NCBI GenBank assembly: GCA_951406725.2
Contig: OX597822.1
Location: 124,001 to 188,000, forward strand
Direction: 5' to 3'
DNA length: 64,000 nt
Source of the DNA: Octopus vulgaris
Taxonomy: Eukaryota
Shown here: one piece after another, positions 1 to 12,715 of the stretch
Numbering within the stretch: the first letter of the stretch is position 1
How the letters are laid out: each line of letters opens with the position of its first letter
Program-made: the position numbers and the translations under genes
Notes under the pieces: model-generated
Database searches by the model: none
The model's input: the letters and a program-made list of their open reading frames with translations, nothing else
What the model was told of the DNA's origin: nothing

Positions 1-3000
1 CATGTCAATCAACGTCATTTAACATCACGCCATGTCATTTAACGTCATGTAACGTCATTTAACGTCACATCATTTAACGTCATGTAAATTAACGTCATTG
101 AACATCATTTAACGTCATGTACTTTAACGTCATTTAACGTCATGTCATTTAATGTCATCTAACGAAATGTCATTTAACGTTATGTCATTTAAGGTCATGT
201 CATTTAATGTCATTCAACGACATGCCATTTAACGTCATGTCATTTAACGTCACTTAACGACATTTAACGTTATGTCATTTAACGTCATTCAACGTCATTT
301 AATGTCCTTTAACGTCATGTCATTTAACGTTATTTAACGTAATTTAACATCATGTCATTTAACGTCATTTAAGGTCATGTCATTTAGCGTCCTTTAAAGT
401 CATGTCATTTAAAGTCATTTAACTTCATGTCATTTAACGTCATTTTACGTCATGTCATTTAACGTCATGTCATTTAACGCCATTTAACTTCATGTCATTC
501 AACGTCATTTCACGTCATTTAACATCATGTAATTTAACGTCATTTAACGCATTTAACGTCATGTCATTTAACGTTATTTGACGTCATTTAACGTCATGTT
601 TCTAACGTCATTTAACGTCATGTTATGTAACGTCATTTGCCGTCATTTTACGTCTGTCATTTAACGTCAAGTAACTTCATGTCATTTAAAGTCATGTAAC
701 GTCATGTCATTTAAGGTCATCTCACCGCATTCCATTTAACGTCATTTAACGCATTTAACGTCATGACATTTAACGTCATGTCATTTAACGTCATGTCATT
801 TATGTCATGTCATTACACGTCATTTAACGTCATGTTATGCAACATCATATCATTTAACGTCATTTAACATCATGTCATTTAACGTCATTTCAATTAACGT
901 CATTTCATTTAACATCATTTTATGTCATTTCATTTAACGTCATGTCATTTAACGGCATTTAATGACATGTCATTGAACGTCAATTAACGTCCTTTAATGT
1001 CATGTCATTTAACGTCAAGGATCATCATGTCATTTAACGTCATTTAGCATTATTTCGCTTAACGTAATTTAACGTCTTTTAACGTCATGTCAATAAAATC
1101 ATTTTACGTCATGTCACTTAACGTCATTTAACGTCATGTCATTGAAAGTCATGTCATTTAATGTCATTTAACGTCATGTCATTTAATGTCATTTAACGAC
1201 ATTTCATTTAACGTCAATTAACGTCATGTCATTTAACGTCATTTAATGTCAATAAACGTTGTCATTTAACGTCTTTTAACGTCGTTTATCGTCATGTCAT
1301 TTAACGTCATGTCATTTCACGTCATTTAGCCTCATGTCATTTAACGTCATGTCATTTAACATCATTTAACGTCATGTCATTTCACGTCATTTAGCCTCAT
1401 GTAATTTAACGTCATGTCATTTAACATCATTTAACGTCATTTATCGTCATATCATCTAAAGTCATTCAAATTCATGTCATTTAACGTCCTTTAACATCAT
1501 TTAAAGTCAAGTTATTTAACGTCATGTTACGTAGCGTCATTTAACGTCATTTTACGTCATGTCAATCAAAGTCAAGTAACTCCATGTCAATTAACGTCAT
1601 GTAACGTTCTTTAACGTCATATTATTTAAGGTCATTTAACGTCATTTTATTTAATGTCATTCAACGTCATTTTACGTCATTTAACATCATGCCATTTAAC
1701 GTCAAGTCATTTGACGTCATGTCATTTAACGTCATTTAACATCATGTCATTTAACGTCATGTTATGTAACGTCATTAAACGTCATGTCATTCAACGTCAA
1801 GTAACTTCATGTCATTTAAAGTCATGTAACGTCATTTAACGTCATGTCATTTAGAGTCATTTTACATCATTTTATTTAACGTTATTTAACCTCATGTCAT
1901 TTAACTTCACTTAACGTCATGTCATTTAACGTCATTTAACATCATGTCATTTAACGTCATTTAACTTCATGTCATTTAACGTCATGTCATTTAACGTCAT
2001 GACACTTAAGGTAATTTAACGCCATGTCATTTAAAGTAATTTAACGTCACATCATTTAAAGTCATTTAGCGTCATGTCATTTAACGTCCTTTAACATCAT
2101 TTACCGTCATTTAAAGACATGTAATTTACCGTCATTTAAAATCATTTAACGTCTTGTCATATAACATCACGTCATTCTAAGTCATTTAACGTCATGTCAT
2201 TCATCATCACTCAACATCATTTTACGTCATTTAACGCATTTAACGTCATGTCATTTGCCGTCATATTACGTCGTCATTTAACATCATGTCATTTTACGTC
2301 ATTTAACGTCCTTTAACATCATTTAACGTCATGTCATTTAATATCATTTAACTTCATTTAACGTCATGTCATTTAACTTAATTTAACGTCATCTAACATA
2401 TCATTTAACGTCATGTCATTTAACATCAGGTCATTTAACATCATTTAACGTCGTATAATTTAACGTCAAGTCATTTAACGTCATTAAAAGTTCTTTAACG
2501 TCATGTCATTTAACGTCATTTAGCGAGATGTCATTTAACGACATGTCATTTAACGTCATTTAAGCTCTTGTCCATAACGTCATTTAATGTCACATCATTT
2601 CTTTTAACGTCATATAACGTCATTCAACGTCATGTCATTTAACGTCATTTAGCGTCATGTCATTTGACGTCATGTCATTTAACGTCACGTCACATAACGT
2701 CATGTCATTTAACATAATTTAATGTCATGTCATTTAACGTCCTTTAACGTCATGTCATTTAAGGTCATGTCATAACGTCATTTAACGTCATGTCATTTAA
2801 CATTGTCATTTATCGTCATTTAACCTCATGTCATTTAACGTCATGTCCCTTAACGTCATGTCATTTAACGTCATTTAACATCATTTAACTTCTTGTCATT
2901 TAACGACATGTCACTTAACGTCATGTCATTTAAAGTCATGTCATTTAACGTCATTTTACGTTGTCATTTAACGTCGTTTAACGTCATTTAACGTAATGTC

Positions 3001-5060
3001 ATTTAACATCATTTAACGTCATATCATCTAACGTCATGTCATTTAAAGTCATTTAACATCCTGTCATTTAACGTCATGACATTCAACGTCATTTCACGTC
3101 ATTAAACGCAGTTAACGTCATGTCATTTAACGTCCTTTAACGTCATGTCATTCATCATCACTCAACATCATTTTACGTCATTTAACGCATTTAACGTCAT
3201 GTCATTTGCCGTCATATTACGTCGTCATTTAACATCATGTTATTTTACGTCATTTAACGTCCTTTAACATCATTTAACATCATGTCATTTAATATCATTT
3301 AACTTCATTTAACGTCATGTCATTTAACTTAATTTAACGTCATCTAACATATCATTTAACGTCATGTAATTTAACATCAGGTCATTTAACATCATTTAAC
3401 GTCGTATCATTTAACGTCATTAAAAGTTCTTTAACGTCATGTCATTTAACGTCATTTAGCGAGATGTCATTTAACGACATGTCATTTAACGTCATTTAAG
3501 CTCTTGTCCATAACGTCATTTAATGTCACGTCATTTCTTTTAACGTCATATAACGTCATTTCATTTAACGTCATTTAACGTCATGTCATGTAACGGCATT
3601 TAACGTCATGTCATTTAACGTCATGTCATTTGACGTCATGTCACTTAACGTCATGTCATTTAACATAATTTAATGTCATGTCATTTAACGTCCTTTAACG
3701 TCATGTCATTTAAGGTCATGTCATAACGTCATTTAACGTCATGTCATTTAACATTATGTCATTTATCGTCATTTAACCTCATGTCATTTAACGTCATGTC
3801 CCTTAACGTCATTTAACGTCATTTAACTTCTTGTCATTTAACGTCATGTCATTTAACGTCATGTCATTTAACGTCATTTTACGTTATGTCATTTAACGTC
3901 ACGTCGTTTTACGTCATTTAACGTAATGTCATTTAACATCATTTAACGTCATAGCATCTAACGTCATGTCATTTAACATCCTGTCATTTAAAGTCATGAC
4001 ATTCAACGTCATTTCACGTCATTAAACAGTTAACGTCATGTCATTTAACGTCCTTTGACGTCATGTTATTTAACGTCATTTAACGTCATTTACCGTTATT
4101 TTACCTCGTCATTCAAGTAACTTCATGTCATTTAAAGACATGTAACGTCATTTAACGTCATGTCATTTAAGGTCATTTTACATCATTTAACGTCATGTCA
4201 TTTTACTTCATTTAACGTCATGTCACTTAACGTCATGTCATTTAATGTCATTTAACGACATGTCATGTAACGTCATGTCATATAACGTCATGTTATTTAA
4301 CGTCATTTCATTTAACATCATTTAACGTCATGTCATTTAACGGCATTTAAATTCATTTCATTTAACGTAAATTAACGTCATTTGACTTCATGTCATTTAA
4401 CGTTAGTTAAAGTCATGTCATTTAACGTCATGTCATTTAACTTCATGTCATTTAACGTCATGTAAAGTCATGTAATTTAACGTCATTTAACTTTATTTAA
4501 CGTCATGTCAATGAACGTCATGTCATTTAACGTCATGTAATTTAACGTCATGTCATTTAACGTCATGTCATTCAACGTATTTAACGTCATTTAAGACATT
4601 TAATGTCATTAAACGCAGTTAACGTCATGTCATTTAACGTCATTTAACATTGTTATTTAACGTCATGTTATGTAACGTCATTTACCGTGATTTTACGTCA
4701 TGTCATTTAAAGACATGTAACGCCACTTAACGTCATGTCATTTAACGACGTCATTTAACATCATGTCATATAACGTCATTTCATTTAACATCATTTAACG
4801 TCATGTCATTTCACGTCATTTAACGGTATTTAAATTTATTTCATTTAACGTAAATTAACGTCATTTAACTTCATGTCATTTAACGTCATTTAAAGTCAAG
4901 TAATTTAACGTCATGTCATTTAACGTCATGTCAATGAACGTCATGTCATTTAACTTCATGTCATTTAACGTCATTTAAAGTCATGTAATTTAACGGCATG
5001 TCATTTAAAGACATTTACCGTCATGTCATTCAACGTCATTTAATGCATTTAACGTCCCTT
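1..5060. repeat. Satellite of interleaved 10-bp CATTTAACGT and 5-bp CATGT units; runs off the window start
   Basis: Continuous degenerate repetition of the two units, with common variants AACATC, AATGTC and AAAGTC; ends abruptly at a LINE fragment near 5060. Confidence 0.97.
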
Positions 5061-5712
5061 GACGTGGCTGAAGATTGTTTTTTATCGCAACATGTTGAAT
5101 ATCTGACAAGGCATCGTCTGGGCAGCAGCCATCTATGCTGGATCTGGTATTCTCCCGCTATCCAAGATCAGTGTCAGTCGTATCTGTGTGCACCCCTCTT
5201 GCCAAGAGTGATCATGCGGTCCTGAAGTTCGTCATGCACACAACTTTTTCTACGCCCACGACTACTTCGCTGTCACTTAGTCTTCTCTACAATTAATCTT
5301 GAAATTCTAACCGAGGCTTCCGCACTTCTGGACTGGCAATCCCTGATGACGTTGTCCTCAGTTGACGAACTATGGTCATCCCTCAAAGCATATGTAATCT
5401 GGTTGACTGACCAGGCAGTTCCCGTTGGGCTTCCCCAGAAGAAACACAAGCCCTGGGTGACGAAGAAGGTTAAACGAGAACTTCGACTCAGAGATATTGC
5501 TTGGGCTGAATTAAAAAATCTGGATTCGACTGCAGCTTTTGAGGTATACAAAACTCAACGAGACCGAGCCGTGAAAATTGAAAAGGAAGAACGCTTCAGT
5601 TATGAATACAAAATCGCGGCAAACGCCAGTAGCAATCCAAAAACCTTCTTTGCCCATGTCCAATGGAATTCCCGCTTGAACAACCAAATTGCAGCGTTGG
5701 TAGACTCGAGAA
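5061..5712 (+). mobile_element. CR1/L2-like LINE fragment (endonuclease end and EN-RT linker), frameshifted
   Basis: Translations DCFLSQHVEYLTRHR, (M)LDLVFS, KKHKPWVTKKVKR and SNPKTFFAHV are typical of CR1/L2 ORF2. Confidence 0.8.
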
Positions 5713-6129
5713 TTGCTGAGGTGGGGGCTAAATATGTTTGTAAGAGTGTGAAAGGAGAGTAATAGACAGTAGAAATGAGGACAAAAGTGAAAATAGTGAA
5801 TGGTGAACATGGATGGAGGTAGGGTCAATCGCGAGTCTCAATTTGAGGGAATGTAAGGAAAATAGGAAATGGTCATGGACGAAAAAGTAATAAGTGGCAA
5901 TACATACAGACAAAAAAAGTGGGGTGGAATACAACAGTATTATAAAACTATTAATAGATGAGAAATAAGGGGATGGGATGATGTGTAGAGAGGCACAGTG
6001 ACAGAGACAGAGGTCAGAGATACATAGGGGTGAATATAATGAGTAAAAAAAATGTATATCATCTATCAAACATTTCCTAGGGGTGTGCAGAGCATAGAAA
6101 TGGTTAGGAAGTATTGCCTTTTTTCTCAT

Positions 6130-6615
6130 CTTTATATTTTACTTGTTTCAGTCACTAGATTATGGCCAGTTTAATGACTAAATTGACTCCAGTTCTTTTT
6201 TTTTTTTTAAGCCTGGTACTCATTCTATCAGTCTGTTTTGCCAAACTGCTAGGTTACAGGGATGTAAACACACCAACACCAGTTGTTAAGCGGTGGTGGG
6301 GGACAAACACAAACACATTCTTTTATTCTTTAACTTATTTCAGTAAGTTGACTGCGACCATGCTGGGGCACCACTTTGAAGGGTTTTAGTCAAACTGACT
6401 CCAGGGCCTATTTTTGAAGTCTAGTACTTATTCCATCGGTCTGTTTTGTCAAAGTGCTAAGTTATGGGGCTGTAAACACACCAATACCAGTTTTCAAGCA
6501 ATGATAGAGGGGGGGTGCAAACACAAAGACACACACACGTCTTCTACTATTGCCTCTGGCTAACTGAAGCTTTGCAAGTGGATTAGTGGATGGAAACTGA
6601 AAGAAGCCCTTTGTA
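6130..6615 (-). mobile_element. Cluster of degenerate SINE fragments
   Basis: Matches the tail and body (tttacttgtttcagtca..., agtacttattctatc..., aaacacacca) of the full copies at 41778 and 45826. Confidence 0.75.
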
Positions 6616-6619
6616 TATA

Positions 6620-8632
6620 AATAATAATGATAATAATAATAATAATGAAATTATTGTATACAGTGTTCAGGTGCACCACAACTTGTCAGAAAGTGCATAT
6701 AGAGTATATGCAGTAATGTACAAATGTCTGGAAAGCGAACAATGTATGAGTCAGATACATGCTTGTGTGTATATGGAGGGGAGAAAATCAGGTGTAGTGT
6801 TAGCGAATCTCAGAAAGCATGGAAGTTTTGAAGGATGCAGTGCTCCGACAACTAACAACTGATGCCGGCAGTTTGTTCCATGCTTCAGCAACTCTCAGCA
6901 TGAAAAAATGTTTCCTAAAGTCATGGGAGCTGTACTGTTTTCTGACTTTGTAAATATGTCCACAGGTTTTAGACGGGTGGAGTTTGAAAAGGTGCTCAGA
7001 GTTATTGTTTGTAAGATGGTTGATAATTTTATGGGTGTCTGACAAGTCAGCTGCCAGACGTCGGAGTTTCAATGTGTCCATGCCCAGGGAAGTAAGGCGT
7101 TCAGGATATGGCAAATGCCTGATGGAGGGTATTCTTTTGGTTGCACGTCACTGAACAGCTTCCAGACGATTGATATTCTGGCCAAGATAGGGGTTCCAGA
7201 CCGGTGATGCAAATTCCAGGGGAGGTCTTACCATAGCTATATAAAGCCGCAGATAGATAGCTGGAGAGCGGCTCACAAAGGATTTGGTGAGCGATGCCAA
7301 GACACCCTCAGCCTTCTTGACAATTTTAGCGATGTGTTTTGTCCAACGCAAATCACTGTCGACAATAACACCCAGGTCACGTTCACATGAAGACTTTTTG
7401 AGATTAGTGTTGTGGAGGGAGTAGGTGGACGCTGGGTTTTTCCTCCCAAAATGCATGGTGGTACATTTGTCCACAGCCAACTTGAGTTGCAAGTCCATGA
7501 TCTACTGCTGCATTGTGTCCAGGTCTGCTTGCAATAGAGATCTATAGTGTACAGGATCTGACCTCTTTATTTCGAGGTACAGCTTGATGTCATCTGCATA
7601 TTTCAGCACTGTGGCATTCTTTAATTTGGCATCTATGTCATTAACATATGCAACAAATAAAAGGGGGCCAAGAACAGATCCCTGTGGTACACCAGATGTC
7701 ATCTCATAGGGTGAAGAGTGCTGTCCTAGAACTGTGACAACCTCTTTTCGGCCGAAGATAAAGGACTTCAACCAGTTATAGAGTTCGTCTCTTACACCCA
7801 ACGCAGAGAGCTTCACCATAAGTCTTTTGTGTGGCACAGAGTTAAAAGCCTTAGCAAAGTCCAGGTAAACATCCACCCAGGATCCGCGATCAGTGATTTG
7901 GGTAACGTCCTCTAGAAACTCGATGAGTTGATTACAGCAGCTGGAATTAGGAATAAATCCAAATTGTGACGGCTGGATGAGGCTGTGAGACTTTCAGAAG
8001 TTCCAGAGGGTTTCTCTGATACAGGATTCCATCAGTTTGGCAATGCAGCTAGTAAGACTAACGGGGCGATAGTTGACAGGCGATGTGCGGTCGCCTTTTT
8101 TGAACAGAGGGATAACACTGGCAGTTTTCCACTGTTCTAGAGTAACACCATTGTCAAGACAGACTTGGAAGAATAGAGAAAGTTGGCTTAGAAGAAAGTA
8201 CCCACCGCATTTGAGAAGTAGGTATGTAACACCATCGAGACCAGGAGAGGCATAGTCGCGTTTATTCTTAAGGTGGCGTTGTAGCATTGCTGGTGTAAAT
8301 TGCATAGTAGATATAGAGTCCGATGTCAGTGGTGATGAAGACGGAACATTTTGGTCTTCGACAGTAAAGCATCCAGCAATGATTTCTGCACATTCTTCGG
8401 GATTGCCAGTAATCTGTCCTGTGTGGGAATTGCGAAGGGGACCAACTGGAGAGTGGGGTCTCTGCTTTGAGTGCACATACTTCCAGAACACTTTGCTGTC
8501 AGGGTTAGTTGCAATGCGTTGTTCAAATTCAAGCACTGCCTTTTTTGTCACCTGCTTGAGGTGGTTGGCTGACCTATTGCGCTTTTTCCTGTTGCTCTCT
8601 GATTTGTGCAATTTGTATTCCTGTTCATCATC
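6620..8632 (-). mobile_element. 5'-truncated CR1-like LINE: RT domain, 3' UTR and (ATT)n tail; in-frame stops
   Basis: ORF pieces NYRPVSLTSCIAKLME, YLDFAKAFNSVPH, SGVPQGSVLGPLLF, KYADD and LRVAEAWNKLP; ends in an ATT repeat at ~6620-6650. Confidence 0.93.
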
Positions 8633-8679
8633 ATCGGAAGGCGATGTTAAACGATGATGATGATATATATACATATATA

Positions 8680-9881
8680 CAGTTGCGGCCAAAATGTTCA
8701 GAACGGCATTGTTTTCGTCAGAAAAGTAAGTATGAGTTTTTATCAAAGTAGTTTTATATTCTATAATTTTCACAGACAATAAATACAATATTAATTGTTA
8801 TTGCCTGAGATTTTGGTGTAATTTGAGAGGATAATACAAAAGTTATGGATGATTTAGTGATTTACTGCAAAACCCATGGCGGCCAAAATGATCAGAACGG
8901 TTGAAAAAATAACAAAATAATCAAAGATGACAGAGAATACTGGAATTATTTAATATTTAGTGTGAAGACACTTCCTCCACCGAATTTAACACTAGTCTTA
9001 AGGCATTTAGGCAACAATTTTTCACCTACTTTTCTACAAACGTACCTTTTCCCATTTGAGCCAAATAACATAAACTTAGATTCATCACTGAAATGCACCG
9101 TATGCCATTTTTCTTGAGACCACAACACATGTTTGGTTGCAAAGGTAAGACGACACTTTTTATTCTTGGAGCTGATCAGTGGCTTCACTGCAGGTGCTCT
9201 TGCTTGTAGGTCATGTTCAACTAAACGACGAGACACAGTTTTTCGAGATAAAGTTTTCTTCAATACAATGCTCATTTTCCGAGAAACAGCAGCAGCAGTT
9301 TTAAATCTGTCCTTTTTAACCAACTTCACCATAGCACGATCTTCTCTCTTGGTCGTTTTTCTCGGCCTACTTGTAAACTTTCTTGCTTCACACGAACCAC
9401 AGTCATCGTAGACCTTAAGAATACTGTGTACAACACTTTTTGACTTGTTAACAATCTTTGCAATAGATCCAATACTTAAATTATCTTTCCTTCGAAGCTT
9501 AATAATCTGCTGACGAATTGATAACGGAGTAAGTGGCATTATATTAACAAAGTACACTGCAAATATTCTTACTATTGCTTAGTAAACGAACCGTCACGTA
9601 AACAAATTCAAAACATTAGAGTTTGCCGGTTAAATATACTAAAACACGGAGTAAAAGCAACTGTTCTGATCATTTTGGCCGCCATGGGTTTTGCAGTAAA
9701 TCACTAAATCATCCATAACTTTTGTATTATCCTCTCAAATTACACCAAAATCTCAGGCAATAACAAATAATATCGTATTTATTGTCTGTGAAAATTATAG
9801 AATATAAAACAACTTTGATAAAAAATTATATCTACTTTTCTGATGAAAACAATGCCGTTCTGAACATTTTGGCCACCACTG
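8680..9881 (-). mobile_element. Tc1-like DNA transposon with ~220-bp IR/DR terminal inverted repeats, TA target, internally deleted
   Basis: TA|CAGTTGCGGCCAAAATGTTCAGAAC ... GTTCTGAACATTTTGGCCACCACTG|TA; the inner repeat GCGGCCAAAATGATCAGAAC recurs at ~8879 and, inverted, at ~9663. Confidence 0.95.
8946..9557 (-). pseudogene. Truncated Tc1 transposase (paired-like HTH and first catalytic D)
   Basis: SRPRKTT, WHTVHFSDESKF and VKFGGGSV motifs; the ORF stops just after GGGSV, so the rest of the DDE domain is missing. Confidence 0.9.
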
Positions 9882-9914
9882 TATATTATATATACATATA
9901 TATTATATATACAT

Positions 9915-10052
9915 ACAACGGGCTTCTTTCAGTTTCCATACACAAGGCTTTGGTCAGCCTAAAGACATATGCCCATGGTGTTGTGCAGTGGGACTGAACC
10001 CAGAACCACGTGGTTGGGAAGTAAGCTTTTTGCCACACAACCATGCCCGCAC
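9915..10052 (-). mobile_element. tRNA-derived SINE, 5' portion
   Basis: Head with B-box-like GGGTTCAGTCCC on the minus strand; same family as 45826-46207. Confidence 0.8.
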
Positions 10053-10122
10053 CAATGTTTGTACAAACATGTAGCGGAGAGAGAAATAAATTAAATGTAC
10101 AAAGTATTTGTTTTCTAGATAG

Positions 10123-10128
10123 TTTATT
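10123..10128 (-). terminator. Candidate distal polyadenylation signal for CDK2AP1
   Basis: AATAAA on the minus strand followed by a U-rich tract, at the edge of the TE-poor block 10.1-16.0 kb; another AATAAA lies at 16007-16012. Confidence 0.35.
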
Positions 10129-11504
10129 GACCACAACATTTACATCCTACAAAAGAACACTGGTATGAGACAACAGTTAAGCAAGGAGCAAGTATAATGT
10201 AACACAGTTGGAGCTTTAAAACACAAGTCATGAATGACAAAAAAAAATGATGAATATTTTATAAGTACAGACTAGGAGATGTGAAACCTAAAGACAGCAT
10301 CCAACATGAGAAATTGTGCATTAAAAAAACTAAGAAACAGCAACAATGAAAATGAAACTATAAATACAATAAATATACAATCTGAATATGAATATTTGAA
10401 CATAAACTGTCACACAAGATCGATAATCTCACTGAAAATGAAAAGCAAATAGCAAAATGTCTGACTTTTGTGAACAGATATGCACAGGTTATATTTTCTT
10501 TAGAAGCAGCAAATAGTTTAGCAACAATAATAAATGAGCAGCAGTTTTACTATTAAAACAAGTTAAAGAAAGAAAAAAAAATATTATAGAGATGCAATCC
10601 CTAAAACTACAATATAGATACATATTATATATATATGCTAATGTTCTCCAAAAATTGGTCATGCCATGTTTTTGCAGAAATTGATTTGGTAAAAACAAAA
10701 AAAGAAAAGGAATCCATGTTGGTTTCATGAGAAATAAAACATGTTTTTACCATATTTGCCAGTGTATAAGATGAAATTTAATTATTTGTTAAATTTCAAA
10801 AGATAGCCCCACCCGTCCTTTCCCTAAAATTTTTGTCTCATATATTGGCTCACACAATTTCTTTTGTTTTCAAATGGGTGTAGGTCAAAATTAGTATTTC
10901 TTCTTAAAATACAAAAAAAAAAACTTCTTTATTTTGGGGGGAATATAGATGTACATATATATATATCTATATATATATTCTCTTCCATAAATATGCATCT
11001 ATATACTCTTATATACAGATGCACCTATCTACTTTACATACACACTGGCAAATATGGTAATAATTGAAATTCCCATTGAGATTTCTAGTACAAATTTTAT
11101 CACTGTTAGAATTCAAATCATTTTTCATTCTTTAGAATTGTGATGGTTGGAAGAAATTCTAAACACTACATAGTGTCTATATACAAATTACATTAGTTAC
11201 TCTCAAGATTATGCTACTAATAGAGAATTACCAGTTATCTTTGAGCCATTTTTAATTCAATGTAAATGAACATGTGACCTTGAGAGTATTGGACCATGTG
11301 TATTGATCTAACCAAATTCTAAAATCCCAGCCTGCTGGCTGACATCAAATTATGGTTTCTAATCATCTTTATAAAAGCACAGGCTTTTCTATAAAAAAAT
11401 GATGATGTCTTTATATACATATATTAATGTTTGTTTTTATATTCATTTATAACAATTTTACATTAATCTGATGGGTTACTCTACACTTTTGTAGAGTACA
11501 AATT

Positions 11505-11614
11505 TATTATTCTTACACAAGAATGCTGTTGACAGTGACTTTGCAGTCCAACAATGGCTTAGCTGGCTGAAGCTTCAAAGTCACTGTCGACGACATTCTC
11601 GTTTAAGAATAATA
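11505..11614. repeat. Fold-back inverted repeat (old MITE-like), ~40-bp arms
   Basis: TATTATTCTTACACAAGAATGCTGTTGACAGTGACTTTG pairs with CAAAGTCACTGTCGACGACATTCTCGTTTAAGAATAATA. Confidence 0.8.
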
Positions 11615-11645
11615 TATCTATGTATATAGATTTATTATATATACT

Positions 11646-11788
11646 TAAAAGGTTGTTGGTTATGGCTGGTCGGGAAGTGACATTGGTTTTGCACCTATAA
11701 AGTTCTTAGCAGTGTAGGTGACTTGTCAGACTCATTGGCTGTGAAACCAATGGTCACTCCTTGTCCAGCCATAACCAACAATCTTTTA
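11646..11788. repeat. Fold-back inverted repeat (old MITE-like), ~45-bp arms
   Basis: AAAAGGTTGTTGGTTATGGCTGG...GTGACATTGGTTT pairs with AAACCAATGGTCAC...CCAGCCATAACCAACAATCTTTT. Confidence 0.8.
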
Positions 11789-12684
11789 TGTATTACTGCT
11801 CTAAAGTTTTAGAGTATGCTTCTTTTCTGATTTATGAACTACTGACTGATGTATATACATATATATATATATATACATAAATTCATTTGCAGCAGAATAT
11901 TCATTAATGTAACTCCCAGGCCATCGACATTAACAGACAAGAGTGAGGCATGGAATAATGTAACCACATGGTCAGGTTTAGAATTTGAAAAATGCATGAA
12001 GAGGATGTATTATTAATTCTATTTGGGAATTCATTATTTGCTTCAAAATGTCCACCTTTATATTATTTTATCCAGAGTGCATCAAATTTAGATGTTAATC
12101 AAGAGAATTTATACAAATGTTAATTGATGTAACCAATTTGTTTATTCCTTTGGAAAAAAATAGTATTATTATTCTTCTCTTTCAATCAAAAAGAAAAAAA
12201 AAGTTATTTTCTTAAGCAATTGCTGAGTCTTGCTTGCTCAAGAAACTGTGAGATCTTTTTATTTTTAGATTTAAACACAATTTAAGAACAGTATTCCTTC
12301 TGACAAGGTACAAGGCCTTTTTATTCTTATTTTATTTTGAAAGTGGGAAAGAGTATAAGTGATTTAATCAATTAGAATATGTTAATAGTTACTTTATCAA
12401 GCCTGGGGAGTTGATGTCAGCTGGATTTCAACTCAAAAACAGTGAGATATTGGACTAGATACAGTAAAGTAGCCAGTTCAATGTCCTACCGTATTATTAT
12501 TATTATTAATGGCTATCTCTGTTACCATTTATAATTCAATAACAGAATTAGCCAACCTCATTTACATTTTACATCACCATGGCTGCACAAACCAACATTT
12601 GTGAGTGCATAATAAAAACACAAACATTCAGAGATCCACACATTTTATGTACTGTAATTAATATGTTCATATATATAGATACAT

Positions 12685-12715
<31 letters not shown>

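Noticed and set aside
1654-1839. ORF with LTSCH repeats
   Set aside because: Chance open frame within the satellite.
5061-8632. Single CR1 element with a 5' inversion
   Set aside because: The plus and minus pieces overlap in the same linker region with very different sequences and are separated by other DNA, so they are two families.
7994-8788. 264-aa ORF as a chimeric gene
   Set aside because: Read-through across a Tc1 TIR, a microsatellite and a truncated CR1; no evidence of a functional start.
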